Assembly (NCBI GenBank): GCA_951406725.2
Contig: OX597820.1
Span: 100,130,001 to 100,194,000, forward strand
Length of the DNA stretch: 64,000 bases
Direction of reading: 5' to 3'
From: Octopus vulgaris
Taxonomy: Eukaryota
Shown here one piece after another: positions 37,761 to 52,089 of this stretch (positions within the stretch are counted from its first letter, which is position 1; each line of letters starts with the position of its first letter). Both the position numbers and the translations under genes were made by a program. Below the pieces are notes generated by a model, which saw nothing but the letters and a program-made list of their open reading frames with translations, had not been told where the DNA came from and searched no databases.

Positions 37761-38351
37761 AATTAACCCAATAAATATCTGATTCATAATATTTGTTCTC
37801 ATAATTGTGTGGTGTTTGGTAGCGATGATAATTCTCTCTATGAATGCAGACAAACGTAAAGAGAGAGAGAGATTGACAGCGCTGGTGAAGGCGGAAGGGA
37901 AATATATTAGACTTTACCTCGTTTCTCTTACTCTCTATCTTTCTCTATCTATTTCTCTCCCATTTATAAACAACAAAAGATGTTGAGTAAGTTGAGAAAC
38001 AAAATATTTTCACGCTTTTCAAACACTTCGTCGTTATTCTCATTCACTCATTATTACTTTCTCCCTTCCTTTCACGTTCTCTCTATAACGTTATAGAGAG
38101 AAGGTGAAAGGAAGGGAGTTAGACGCTGTGAAACGACGTTATAGAGAGAATGTAAAATGAAGGGAGGTAGACGCTGTGAAACGACGTTATAGATAGAAAT
38201 TGATGGATGGGAAGGGAGAAAAGGGAGTGAGTGATGGAATAAGACAGATATATAAAATAATGAGAGTAGACTTGTCAAAGTACGTTTTTGGCCCTAGCAA
38301 CGACACCTTTTAAGATAGGGATTTTCGCATTTCAGAATTATAATATAGAGA
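34892..38351 (-). mobile_element. Helitron array in unit 3: A (34892-36088), mini-unit (36089-36331), B (36332-38351)
   Basis: Junction tatagaga-gtagcttaaggtgaccc is present twice, with the internal CTAG changed; outer ends as in unit 2. Confidence 0.7.
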
Positions 38352-39027
38352 TAATGATGTGTGTGCGTGTGTGAGTGTGTGTGTGCGTGTGTGAGTGTGT
38401 GTGTGTGTGTGTGTGTGTATGAGTGTGTGTGTGCGTGTGTTTATGTATGTGTGCGTGTGAGCGTGTGTGAGTGTATAGTTATATCCAGTTAAGTACAGTA
38501 TAAAGTTCGTTCACGCATACATGGAAAAAGTCCTATCTTCCAGGGACGCGACAAGTTGAACCCCACGTTTAAGTGCTAAAAAGTTATTGTTTGTCTTATC
38601 TAACAAACGTAGAAGCAATTCTGAAAATGTCAGTTCCATCAGATGTAAACCAACTGAGATCGTTCTTGGGTTGCTTAGCTATTAATGTATGATCCTACTT
38701 TCCATGCAACGTTTCAGTGAACCTTTAAACCATCTGCTTCAGAAAGATACAAAAACACGAAGCCTTCGAAGAGGCGAAAGAATTATTGCAATCTGATTTA
38801 TCACTAACTTATTATGACCCGAAACTGGAAATAACAGCGGCTACAGATACCATGGAAACGAGCGGATACCTAAAAACTTTCTGCTTACCTCCCTTGAATG
38901 ATTGGACTTTTGCTTACTTCCCTTGAATCATTAAGCAAACAAAACCCGTCTGTATGAGCGAACTTGCAGCATATTTGAGACTTGTGTTGCTTGTCGGGGT
39001 AAAACTTTCCATAGCGATGTGTGTATT

Positions 39028-39097
<70 letters not shown>

Positions 39098-39617
39098 CTG
39101 TGTGTGTCTGAGTGCTTGTGTGTGCGTGCGTGCAAAACTACTACAGTTGAAGATGACCAGAATTTCTTTTTCTATAGCGGATGAGCGACTATCTTTTGAT
39201 ACAGACACAGTACAGGCTACGCTTTCAGGCCTTTTGGAGAAGGTTTCAGGAGTAACCCAATAGGTTCACTATTAATTCCGTAAAATATTCACGGGTGTCG
39301 CTAGTACATATACATATACATGCATGCATGTATGCATACATACATACATACATACATACATACATACATACATACATACATACATACATACATACATACA
39401 TACAGGCAGGCAGACAGACGTATAGACACACAAACATACATGTGTGTGTGTGAGTACATACATACATATATACATGTAACGACGGAGGTAAAGTATAAGC
39501 ACCCCACCTCCTTAATTTTATTGAGTTTTTTTTTTTGCCCTGGGGTATATGGCGCAGTGGTTAAGAGCACGGGATACTAACCCTAAGATTCCGAGCTTGA
39601 TTCCTTGGAGTGTTCTG

Positions 39618-39690
<73 letters not shown>

Positions 39691-39693
<3 letters not shown>

Positions 39694-40247
39694 GCCCTGA
39701 TGCAGTACCAGGCAGTGGCTCTCATGGCTTCTGATCTTAACTGATTGGAAGTGTTATCATGTACATTGTTTTGTCTTGGTATAAAAGATGGGCTACAGCA
39801 AATATTCTGCTCAATACCACAGATTTGCTTGTCAGTTGTTTGACCTTAACCAGTTGAGCATGTCCCTTAGTGGCTGACGATATGTGCATCTCTGATCACG
39901 AGCAGAAGTAGTGGGGGAGCATCATAGCCATGTGTTGAGAGGGATTCTTTGGGGTTTGAATAATTCACCTCTGGAAACATGGGTGGTTCTTTCAACATCC
40001 TTAAACAACCCTTATTCAGGGACCTTTAGAGCGGGATGGGCTACTCAACCTGAAGAAAATTCTAACTGGGCCCCACCTGCAAGGTCATGTGCTGTTTATC
40101 TTGATATGAGATCACCATGTCGCATACATATGGTTGTGATGCATGTGCCTGGTGTACCTTTATCAGACGGGTAGTCATGATGGGTATATTGGGCTTTGTA
40201 TATTTTACCCCAGTGTCACTTTGATGGCATGCACTGCTCTCTCACTC
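39691..40247 (+). mobile_element. Non-coding ~560-bp interspersed element embedded in (AAT)n; copies 53708-54275, 60909-61465 and partial 29902-30172
   Basis: Identical ends (aatgccctgatgcag...ctctctcactc) with (AAT)n on both sides in every full copy; orientation inferred. Confidence 0.8.
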
Positions 40248-40297
<50 letters not shown>

Positions 40298-41441
40298 TAA
40301 TAAATCCCCTGATGCAGTACCAGGCAGTGCTCTCATGGCTCCTGATCTTAGCTGATTGGAAGTGTTTGCTTGTACCTTTCATAAAGTCACTGCCGGAAAA
40401 ATATTTTTATTTTTGCAAGTAAAATTTAGAAATAAAGGTGAATATTTGATAATATTTAACAAATATTAGCTATACTTGCGTTATAAAGAGGCCAATGTAA
40501 CTCACCAGATTACTGTGTGACCTATCTACGAGCCAACTGCAAATATCTACGTTAACAACCACAAACTAAGGATGCGACCTATCAACTGGTGCTGCGACCT
40601 ATCCACTGGTGCGACCTATCCTCTGGTGTGACCTATCCACTGATGCGACCAATCCACGAGCATATAGGGGGTTTCTATGTTATTTCTCAACTTGATGGAA
40701 ATCAAACTCTTACACACTTCCGTATTAGAAACGGAAATGTGTATTACATAAAACTAACTTTTGTATTTAACACCTGAGAGAAAGAACAATGTGGTAATGA
40801 ATTTTTAGATGATATTTCTAATCAGTGAAGTTTCACTTGTGACTGAATAACAACATATTAACCGTAACAGTAATACACTCGGCAATCACAAATCTACACC
40901 AACGATCAGAAGAACAACAAGTACAAAATGCGCATTGTGTAAAAATGTACTGGAATACTTACATGCAAAATATATACTGACTATTGAAACTAAAACACTG
41001 AGTTTTGGTGTGATGATCATTTTTCAGTTTGTACGGAAAGACACAAATAATTGAAGATAAGAAAATGCCTCTCAATAAGTATTGCTTTGACAGCCGTTGT
41101 TAGTCACTCGCATTTGTTACTGGTTGATCGTTATTTTATTTTATTTTCTAAAGTGAAAGAGGCGGGTGGGCGAGCACATTTAGGTAGACGTACGTGAAAA
41201 TAATGGGTGTTCGTGTCGTTATATAGGTTCCTGTATATGAAAGGTAATGGAGCGGAGGTGAAGAATGCTACTCGTTTTCAGCATAACCCTAACCCTAAAC
41301 ACCGAGTGTGGGTATTCTTTACCTTCGCCGACAATGAGTGTATATGTGTGTGTGTTGTATTAAATCATACACACACAAAAACATACTTGCACAATGTATG
41401 TATTTATTTATGTATGTACGTACATTTGAAAGATAATGGTA

Positions 41442-41495
<54 letters not shown>

Positions 41496-41944
41496 GTGTG
41501 TGTGTGTGTTTGCGTGTGTGTGTGTGTGTGTGTGTTTGCGTGTGTGTGTGTATACACGCACCTATGTCTTATCAGATAAGAGAAAAAAATCAATCAGAAA
41601 GGAACTCTATCTCACTCAAAATATCTTTTGATAAGCATAACAAATGCGCAACCGGTAAACTCTTACTTTCTTTTATTCTACACTGAAATCTGACATTGAA
41701 CTTTTCCACAAAAAACTGTATATTACACGCTTTTACTAAATATCTTATTCTGAAACAGAACACTGTAAAAGACTCTTACTTTTTTTCTTATACACTGAAA
41801 TCATTCACAATTTTTCTCTTTTTTTGTTTAAAAAAAGAACTTTCACCTAATTAAATACACTCTCCCTTACTTAAATTATTTTGTCAGCATTTTCTTCATT
41901 TCCTTTTTTTATATATCACAACTCGTGTTCCACATCTCCTTTTT

Positions 41945-42183
<239 letters not shown>

Positions 42184-42271
42184 GCGGTTTTTTTGACTAT
42201 TTATTAAAATTTTATGTATTGATTAAGTCTTTCCTTGTTTGTTTTGCAAAATAGTGGTTTTGTCTCTAATA

Positions 42272-42341
<70 letters not shown>

Positions 42342-43139
42342 ATATATACATATATATATATAATCAGTATTACCAATAGGTCGATTCTAATTTACTTAAT
42401 AATTTGATATAATATTCAACTGGATTCTTATCTTTAAATATCAATATCTGAAACTAGCATATAGTTGAAATAAAAATGTAATGTGAGTCTTAAAACGTAG
42501 CGTAATTCCTGTTCCCAATTAAAACACCATAATCTTGTTCAGTATGAATTGGAACTGCAAAAATTTATAAGATATTTCAGGTGTTTATCCTGTACACACA
42601 AACTGAGGGAAATATAAGCAAATATATCATATTTCCTGGCATACAAATCAAATATTACGGACCAAAATTTACAGCTAAAAATTGTAGTCCGACTTCTACA
42701 CCGAGACGATTTCGGAGGACATAAAAATTGTATGCAAATGCAGTGGGATTTGGAAAGATAGTGACTATGTTTAAATGTTTACACTACATGTTAACATGTA
42801 TACTGTATGATTTGTATATCGGAAAATACGATATGAAGATATACGTAAGTCGAAACAAAACTTGTATTTTCTATGAGTGAAAATGATTCGGTAAATTAAA
42901 AATCTTAAGTTCAAATAATAGATGCTCCGATTATTAATAATTATAGGTAGATGTTAAAGGATTACTATTAGAAGATCCCAACTCCTCTCACGGAGTATTT
43001 TGTGTTAGAAATCTAAAAAGTCCTTATTTAAAAGCAATATGTTTGGAGAAAACAATTGTAAAAAGTTCTTTCACAATGAAGACCTTACTTAATCCTTTTT
43101 GCTATATGCACACGGCTTGAAGTTTGAGAGAGAGGAATA

Positions 43140-43309
43140 GTTGATTACATCGGCCCCAGTACTCAACAGGCACTTATTTTATCGACCCCCAAATAGATGA
43201 AAAGCAAAGTCAACCTCAGTGGAATTTGAACATAGGACATGAGGACAGACGACATGCCGCTAAGCATCCTCACCCAGCGTGCAAACTATTCTACCAGCCC
43301 GTCGCCTTA
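43140..43309 (-). mobile_element. Old SINE with a Nin/Deu-like central domain
   Basis: Minus strand head aaggcgacgggctggtagaa...gttcaaattcc, then gcttttcatc...ggggtcgataaaataagt resembling the Nin-domain core (from memory). Confidence 0.55.
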
Positions 43310-44978
43310 GACCTTACTTAATAATAGTTGATAATGAATCTTTAAATCATCGGTGATGTATGAGTTATGGATCTATGTTCTTTGCTCTAAATTCAACCAT
43401 ATTTTGGCGACAAACACACAGTAGCTCCAGTAATAATGGGTGTGAAGTTAAATGAGTACTTTGAGGTACTGAATTTCCAATTTCCATCGTTGTCCCCTTT
43501 CACCTATATTTTTCTTAATACATCAATATTAAATCGCCAAATCGACAGCTGACTTTCATAACGCATAATATTTTGTTGTCTCAAACAGATTTGTTGTTGC
43601 AATTTGGTTTCTGTATATATCTTTATATGTTTTTTCTTGTTTACTTGTTTCAGTCATTGGACTGCGATCATCCTGCAGCCACTACCTTGAAGTGTTTAGT
43701 CGAACAAATTGACACCAATACTTACTTTCTCTTTTTAAAGAAACTGATGCTCGTTGTCAAGCGGTAGCAGGGTACATACACAAATACAATCACACACACA
43801 CATACACAGACACACATACATGCACACACACGCACTCATGCACACAAACACACGCACACACTCATAAACACATACATACACATACGTATGTATGTATGTA
43901 TGTATGTATGTATGTATGTATGTATGTATGCATGCATGCATGTATGTATGTATGCATGTATGTATGTAAGCATGTATGTATGTATGTATGTATGTATGTA
44001 TGTATGTATGTATGTATGTATGTACGTACGTACGTATGTATGCATGTATGTATGTACTTATGTATGTATCGTTGCTATTATTCAAAAGTGTCCAAAACGT
44101 TCCTTTCTCAGAAAACGAAAAAGTAGTTTCACTATTTCATAGCAAAACCGTTGTACAACATTTGGACTATTTTTGATATCTTGGCAGCTGAAGCATCTGG
44201 GGATACGATAGCTTGACCAAAAGAACTAGCTATTGCAACCGAAAAGAAATATTGAAGAAAACGCATCTGGCCAAATTTGGACATACGACTTTTTAACATA
44301 ACAGCAACGGTATACATTTCTTTATATTTTATGTTTAACATTTTATAAACAGCTGTTGGGCAATGGATAGGTACCGAAATGTGCCAAGAAAGCTTTGTGA
44401 ATGTTCCATTTGACCACAAGAATAAAAAATTTGATTGAAACATTCGTAAGGCTTTCGTGGATCATTTCAAAGGGGGTTTCTCCATTACCTTTTTCCAAAG
44501 GTCGTTCATTCTGTTCTACAGGAATAATTCTCTCGATGGTTTGGTACATACCCTGTTACTCCAATAATAATAAGTTAAATTTGACGGACTTCCGTATACA
44601 TTACATTTACCAAATTCCATTCGCAACACATCTAATCTAGAACTACGTAAAGCGAATTTGTTCACCAAACGACCTGGATTTACATTTCTACAATTGTGCA
44701 TTTGTTTATTTTTTTACTTACTTCAGTCACTGAACTGTGGCCATGCTGGGGAACTGTTTTGAAGGGTTTAGTCGAACAAATCGACCCAAGTACTTATTTT
44801 TTAAAGCCTGGTACTTATTCTCTTTTGCTGATCCGCTAGGTTACGGTGAGTAAACTAACCAGCACTAGTTGTCAAGTGGATTGGGGGAACAAAAATAACA
44901 CAAACCCAAAGACACACACTCTCATACACACATGCATACATGGCCACACATACTCATACATAATTTGTATGTTTATTT

Positions 44979-45096
44979 TAAAATTATAAATATATGAAAG
45001 AATGGAGTTGAACGACTAGTTAACAAATATCCTTTATTCTCAATAAAGGATATTTGTTAACTAGTCGTTCAACTCCATTCTTTCATATACTTATAA

Positions 45097-45101
<5 letters not shown>
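44979..45101. repeat. Near-perfect palindrome: 60-bp arms, 3-nt loop
   Basis: 44991-45038 is the exact reverse complement of 45042-45089; one mismatch, then 11 more pairs. Confidence 0.92.
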
Positions 45102-45180
<79 letters not shown>

Positions 45181-46013
45181 GCATGCACGACGGGTTTCTT
45201 TTCAGCTTTTCTCTACCAAATCAACCCACAGAGCTTCAGTCGGATGCCTCGGAGCTATAGCATAAGACATTTGCTCAAATAAGTGCACAGTACAGTGAGA
45301 CTGAATTCAAGACTGCGTGGTGGAGAGAAAAAGCTCCATACCCACACAGCTTACCCAAATTATCGTATCTAGAGTTTTACCAACAATTTGAAGAAGTCTT
45401 TCGTTTTATCGATGAACATACTCTTCACATTAACTTCTTACATGCGGTCACTTTCAAAGCCAACCTTTCTAGGCATTGTGTAGAGAACTGGAACAACATC
45501 ATCGTGCTTCATAGGCAGATGAAATTATGATGAAATTTAGGGATAGTTATTTGTGTTGGCCCAAAACGTCATCATTTCCATCTATGTGTCCTGGTCATGA
45601 CTTTAAACTGCATGAAATAGTGGGGCTCTGATACGGGAGTTTCAGGGTTTTAATGGGTATGAAACTACCTCTTAGCTACTATTTGGAGAAGTAGAACCTG
45701 CTAAGTTTCCAATTCTGGGTTAACTTGCAGGCGAACCACTGGGAGTGAAGGGCTCCTAGTTCTTGTTAGAACTCCCTTCTAGGAGAAGGCAAACTCGTAT
45801 TAAAAACCTGAAGCGCGGTTTCTTTCTGTCATCTCAGTCTCTCTTGTGCCACTGGTGTTATAGGAGATTGCGCTGGAAAGTGGGTTCGAATTCAGTGCTA
45901 TGCAATACTTTATCCAATCAAAACAAATTCACGCATTACTGGATTCTCAGAGCGTTTGAACGGACTTACTGAGATTAGGAAGTAGTCTTACTTAGTTACG
46001 AGTTGACTTCCAG

Positions 46014-46644
46014 CATGTATGTATGTATGGATGGATGCATGTATGTATGTATGTATGTATGTATGTATGCATGTATGTATGCATGTATGTATGTATGCAT
46101 GTATGTATGCATGTATGTATGTGTGTATGTATGTATGCATGTATGTATGTATGTAAGTATGTATGTATGTATGCATGCATGTATGCATGTATTATGTATG
46201 TATGCATGCATGCATGTATGCATGTATGTATGTATGTATGTATGTATGTATGTATGTGTGTATGTATGCATGTATGTATGTAAGTATGTATGTATGTAAG
46301 TATGTATGTATGTAAGTATGTATGTACGTATGCATGCATGCATGCATGTATGTATGTATGTATGTATGAATGTATGTATGTATGTAAGTATGTATGTATG
46401 TATGTAAGCATGTATGTATGTATGTATGTACGTATGCATGCATGCATGCATGTATGTATGTACGTATGTATGTATGTATGTATGTATGTATGTATGTATG
46501 TATGTATGTATGTGTGTATGTATGCATGCATGTATGTATGTATGTATGTATGTATGTATGTATGTATGTATATAAGTATGTATGTATGTATGTATGTATG
46601 TATGTATGTATGTATGTATGTACGTATGCATGCATGCATGTATG

Positions 46645-46675
<31 letters not shown>

Positions 46676-46800
46676 GTATGTATGTATGTAAGTATGTATG
46701 TATGTATGTAAGTATGTATGTATGTATGTATGTATGCATACATGTATGTATGTATGTATGTATGTATGCATGCATGTATATATGTATGTATGTATGTAAA
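46014..46800. repeat. About 790-bp (TATG)n microsatellite with variant units
   Basis: Seen directly. Confidence 0.95.
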
Positions 46801-47039
46801 CCTATGTATCTATGTACGTCTGTTTGAATGCCTGCATTCATGTATCAATCAAATTTATCGCTGCCCTACACCTGTTTAATCCTTCTCTTAAGTCATCCTT
46901 TTTTTCTGAAATAGTGTCAAAGTGTTCTGTATTCAAGCTACTCACACTTCATCAGCCATATGTCCACCCTGTCGAGAGTTCGGCATGTGAAGACTTTCCA
47001 TTTCCCTCTATGTTATGCTGTATGCATACAATCAGCTAA

Positions 47040-47345
47040 GTTCTTGTTTCCAGTCCATTCTTTGATATCATCAGTCCACAGCTGACGGCCTCTTGCTCTC
47101 TTCTTCTTCTTCATACTTCCGTCCCAATCAGTCGTGGTGTATTGAATGTCCAAAGTATAACTTTGTGGACCCGATTTTCGACAGTAAGTGTCTTTGGACT
47201 CCCAGCTTTTCTAATACTGCAGCGTTTGTTACTCTGTCTTTCTGGCTTATTCTGCTCAATTTACGAAAAATCCATATCACAAAGGCATTTATCTTCTTTT
47301 CTATTGCTCTGTACATTGTCCACGTTTCTGTCTCGTAGGGGACAA
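47040..47345 (-). pseudogene. RTE-clade LINE 3' remnant
   Basis: 'YETETWTM...KKINAFVIWIFRKLSRISQKDRVTNAAVLEK...KLYFGH' is the typical post-RT region of RTE/BovB-like ORFs. Confidence 0.75.
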
Positions 47346-47772
47346 AGGGCGTAATATAATAGTTTACTAGTTTCAATTTTAGGTGCAGCATTCTTACTGT
47401 TGAGGTCTTGGTCTTGTAACATCTTAAAATTAAAGGAAACGCTTGAGTCTTTTTCCTACTTCGATGATCATCAACGCAGTGTATGTCAACCGAGATCAAC
47501 TAGAGCGTTAGTGTCCTATTTCAGGTAGAAGCGGTAAAGTCAACATAGTTAAATCAATGTTGAGACACTATATCACTGACTTTGTTTGCCAGAGGAACCT
47601 CTTATCAGGGTTGTTTGCAATTGAGTTCACTCACTTATCATGATTTTGGAATAATATTATTTTTAAATTGCATATTTCTTCAATGTTACATTATGATTTG
47701 AGTGATAGTAAATGGTACAACCACACCATAACATGTAACGAGTAAAGTGTGACTGTGTCGTAAGAAGCTTGC

Positions 47773-48750
47773 TTCCGGTTGAACTGAGAGGACGCCTCCC
47801 TCTGAGCTCCGTCCTAAAAAGAAAAAAGAACAAAAACAGTGTTCTTCACGCACCTGTTAAAGTCGTAACGCTGGTATGCAGCTGGCGAAAGTTGAACTGA
47901 AAGACGCTGTAAGGTAAGACTTTTTGCATTTTGAGTCCGGTAGGATTTGTTGCCTGTTGGTTTTATTTTTTTGAACAGGCAAGGAGTCCTTACTGAATTC
48001 GAAGATTTTTGTCTGCCTTGCGGTGGAGACGTGTGTGTTGTCTCACATAATTGTAAGAAATTATATTTGAAAATTTTTGTGCCCACGTGGATTAAAAGAA
48101 TTGGCCATGAGTACCTTTCGGCCGAAAATTTATTTCTTTGCCTGGATTTGAACTCTCTTTTCACAGCTATCATTTATTTAAAAAAAAAAAAAGAACTTTA
48201 TTTGAACTGTTATTTTAATTTTTTCTTCCCTTCTGTTGTGTCTTCTTTCTTTATTTGAAAACGTATTGACGAACTATATTTGAACTTTTTATTTAAAAAA
48301 AAAATGGCAAAGGAAATATTAATGTGGGAATTAACACCTCCCAAATCATTGCTAAAAGAGCTCGAAAAGAAGACGGTGGTGTTGAGGACTTATTCAAAGT
48401 CGCTCGATACCATAACCGTTTTCCCGAAAGCCACAATTTTGAGAGAGCTGGCAGAATACATGACAGCTATTAAATTTATTTCACGGGCAGTCAAATTTGC
48501 AACGGTCTGGTTGCTATTTGACTTCCCCAAAGAAGCTTGCGATTTTGCAAGCCGGCCCCTCGAGGGGAAGGAAATAATGTTTCTTCCCAGTTATTGTGGA
48601 AAGAAGTTAACGAGGGCTTGGGTTTGCGGCTTGCCACCCGGAATTGAGCCCGAGTGGATAGAGGACTCTATCTGCCGGGATCTGGGTGGTAGCAGTACCA
48701 AGCTGCTCAACGTAAAAATTTTGCCTGCGGCTGATTGGGAGGGGTCAAAA
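47773..48750 (+). mobile_element. 5' portion of another L1/Tx1-like LINE: putative 5' UTR plus truncated ORF1 (48304-48750)
   Basis: 'ISRAVKFATV...MFLPSYCGKKLTRAWVCGLPPGIEPEW' aligns by eye with 'INRGKRYGTV...VLLPLYKGKRTSKISMNNIPPEADAE'. Confidence 0.65.
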
Positions 48751-48945
48751 GCATATATATATATGTGTGTGTGTGTGGTATATTATTATGTATATACTTA
48801 TATATATATGTATATGTAGGTGTATATACACTTATATGTATATGTATATATGTATATATGCTTATTCTTGTATATGTGTACCTTCTTTAATATTCATATT
48901 TTCACTTTATATCTTCATTTTATACCTTTATAATTGTACTTTATA

Positions 48946-49069
48946 ATCTCTGACGAGGCCTTGAGATATATATATATAACTCATTTTAAACTGCATATTA
49001 CCTCAATACATCTGACTAATATGAGCATAATGAGATACTCTTATCGACAGGCTGAAACTGCTGTAAGAT
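48946..49069 (+). ncRNA. Type I hammerhead with ~87-nt helix II insertion
   Basis: atct-CTGACGA-GGCCT...AGGCT-GAAAC-tgct-GTA-agat. Confidence 0.65.
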
Positions 49070-49430
49070 CCATTTTATATGTATTGTTCTTATGGTATTA
49101 TCTTACTTATTGATGTGTACTGTTTTATTCGGTATTATTCTGTTTGATCTGGATGTTCCTAAATGATTAGTTAATAAATTATATGAATTGGTATTATCTA
49201 GTAGTTGATGACTGAAAGAAATCTATTCCTCCATTTTCTTATTTTGTATTATGAGTTTGAGGTAAAACATTTTACCTTCGCCCATATAATACAATAAATG
49301 AATTAATTGCATTGCAATTCTTAGCATTTATGTATTAGCCTCTCTGGGTACTTTACTGGCAGTATATTGGATAAATGATATCCCATAGTGGGTTACACTC
49401 ATAACCCCTATCTCACTTTGAAATTATATG

Positions 49431-49775
<345 letters not shown>

Positions 49776-49928
49776 TACCATCAAAGAATACATGAGTTAA
49801 TGTCCCTCTTCGGCATTTCTCATTGAGGAAGTTAAATATTGTAACAAACATATTTTAACGAACCTAAAGTTCTTTTATTCCTTGGCGCTAATGCTATTAA
49901 ATAAATAAATAAATATATATATATTAAA

Positions 49929-50835
49929 CTAGTCTACCCGTGACCCGTTAGGTCGCCGGGAGACTCCGAGTTTCCCATCAACGGACTTTTGTTTCCTGTT
50001 TTTTTTTTCTTTTCCAGTTTATTTCATGCTTTCAACTAATGTGACATCTACGTATAAACAATCCTTTCCCCCTGGAAAGGAAAGATTTAGCTACTATTTC
50101 TTGCATGCCCTGCTACCAAATAACAGGTATTTCGGGTCCTTTACCGCAAATAGCTGTTACGTAGTAGCAGGGCGTGCTAGAAATGCACTCGTGGAATGCA
50201 CTCGGAACAAACTTATGGAAACAAACTATTTGACTCTAAGGTTACGAACGGGTCTTTTACGAAATACTTAACGTATTTTTAAAGACATTTTCACTTTAGA
50301 ATATTTTTGAAATATACCAAAAAAATTGTTGTAATAGTATTCACTTCAGAATAACTTTTAAAAGTATTAAAATATTGTCTGTTTACAGAAAGCTAAAATA
50401 TAATTACTTACTGTACAACTTGCATTTTTGAAATCATCTTTACTTTAAAATATTTCTAAATGATTAAAATCTAGTGTTTAACAAAAGCGAAAATAGAAAC
50501 ACTTACTGTAAAAAAAATCCGTATTTTTTCGTTGTCAACACACTGTGTCTAATAAAAAGATAAGAGTTTCTTCCATTTGAGGATGAAGATTATTTTCGGA
50601 ATATTTTCCCTTTATGCACCGTTTGGGGTATTTATACACCATGAAAACCTCTAATATCTCTAAAACCACTTATCCAGTTTACGCGAAACTTGTTTAATTC
50701 CGTTCGTCTTAACATTTCAGGTTAAACTTAATGAGATGGCTAGTATACCTTACATTAATTCATAGTATTTTCCCATTATGCATAGTTTGGCTGAGTAACA
50801 TTGCAAGCAAGTAAGATTCAATCTGACTCTTAGTA

Positions 50836-50840
<5 letters not shown>
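49929..50840 (-). mobile_element. Second non-autonomous Helitron-like element (5' end uncertain)
   Basis: Minus-strand 3' end cccggcgacctaacggg-tcacgggtaga-CTAG|T. Confidence 0.5.
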
Positions 50841-50888
<48 letters not shown>

Positions 50889-51297
50889 TATACATAAGTA
50901 AGTAATTATTTAAGTATCAGGTATGTTCCTAGTTGTTAGCCGATGAAGCATGTTCACTGCTTATGGCTGCCTGACGTCATCCACGGTACTTACACAACTG
51001 TCGCTGAATCTACCTCAGAAATTCCTCTGTATTTGTTGAGTACATAGCAAATGGTAGAGACGGAAAATGGAACATACGAGATACTTTATTGCTTACAACG
51101 TTCATTTCGACCCAACCTCCATCGATTCCTCGCAGGTGGGATACTGCACAACTGGTTGTGGTACGTCATTCGATGCGGGAGTGTCTCGTCGTGTGCTGTT
51201 ATAAGGAGTATCCCATTAAATAGACCCTCTTTCGCACTGTTTTAATACAGCATGTTGTTAGTGACCGTAGGTTTAAGCCGTCGTGCAGGAAGCCCTT

Positions 51298-51770
51298 GCG
51301 TAGCTGCGTGGTAAGAAGCTTGCTTCCCAACCACATGGTTCCAGGTTCAGTCCGGCTGCGTGGCACCTTGGGCAAGTGCCTTCTACTATAGCCTCGCGCC
51401 TACCAAAGCCTGGTGAGTGAATTTGCTAGACGAGAACTGAAAGAAGCCCATTGTGTGTGTGTGTGTGCGTGTAAGTATGGATGGATGGATGGATGGATGG
51501 ATGGATGGATGGATGGATGGATGGATGGTTGGATGGATATGTGCGTGTCTTTATATCTGTGTTTGTCCCCCACCCAATCACTGCTTGACGAACGGTGCTG
51601 GTGTGCTTACGTCTCCGTAACTTAGCGATTCGGCAAACGGACCGATAGAATAAGTACTAGGCTTAAGAAATAAGTGCTGGTGACGATTTGTTAGACTAAA
51701 ACCCCTCAAGGTGGTGTTCTAGCATGGCCGCAGTGCAATAACTGAAACAAATACAAAAGAAATAAAAAGG
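51298..51770 (+). mobile_element. Octopus-type tRNA-derived SINE, diverged
   Basis: Colinear with 52090-52500. Confidence 0.8.
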
Positions 51771-52089
51771 AAGAAGATTATAAAAAGAATTAAAGAAATA
51801 AACTTATTAAAATCTAATTATATCTTAACCTTCTTAACTGAACCAAATTATAAATGAATCATTAAAAAAATTGCGAATTTGCTTCCGATAAAGCTGTTAC
51901 AATGCTAGCTATCATAAGTTATCTCCCTTATTACGAGACTGAAATATAGTTTTGATTATTTGTAACGATATTATGCATGTCGATTTATTTTGTGATCTAT
52001 TAGTTTGCTTGTTTGATTATCTATTTCGGATATCAGCCGTGATCAGATCACTAATGACGGCTAGTTAACCGAAAATTCGAAGTCACTGT

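Noticed and set aside
39691-39910. HDV-like ribozyme or hammerhead (CTGACGA at 39874) in the AAT element
   Set aside because: I could not assemble a convincing nested double pseudoknot by eye, and there is no properly placed GAAA; left for an Infernal search.
45988-46841. Long ORFs of HTYI/MYVC repeats, and similar YI, CV, poly-N and poly-F ORFs elsewhere
   Set aside because: They are translations of stop-free microsatellites, with no sign of coding function.
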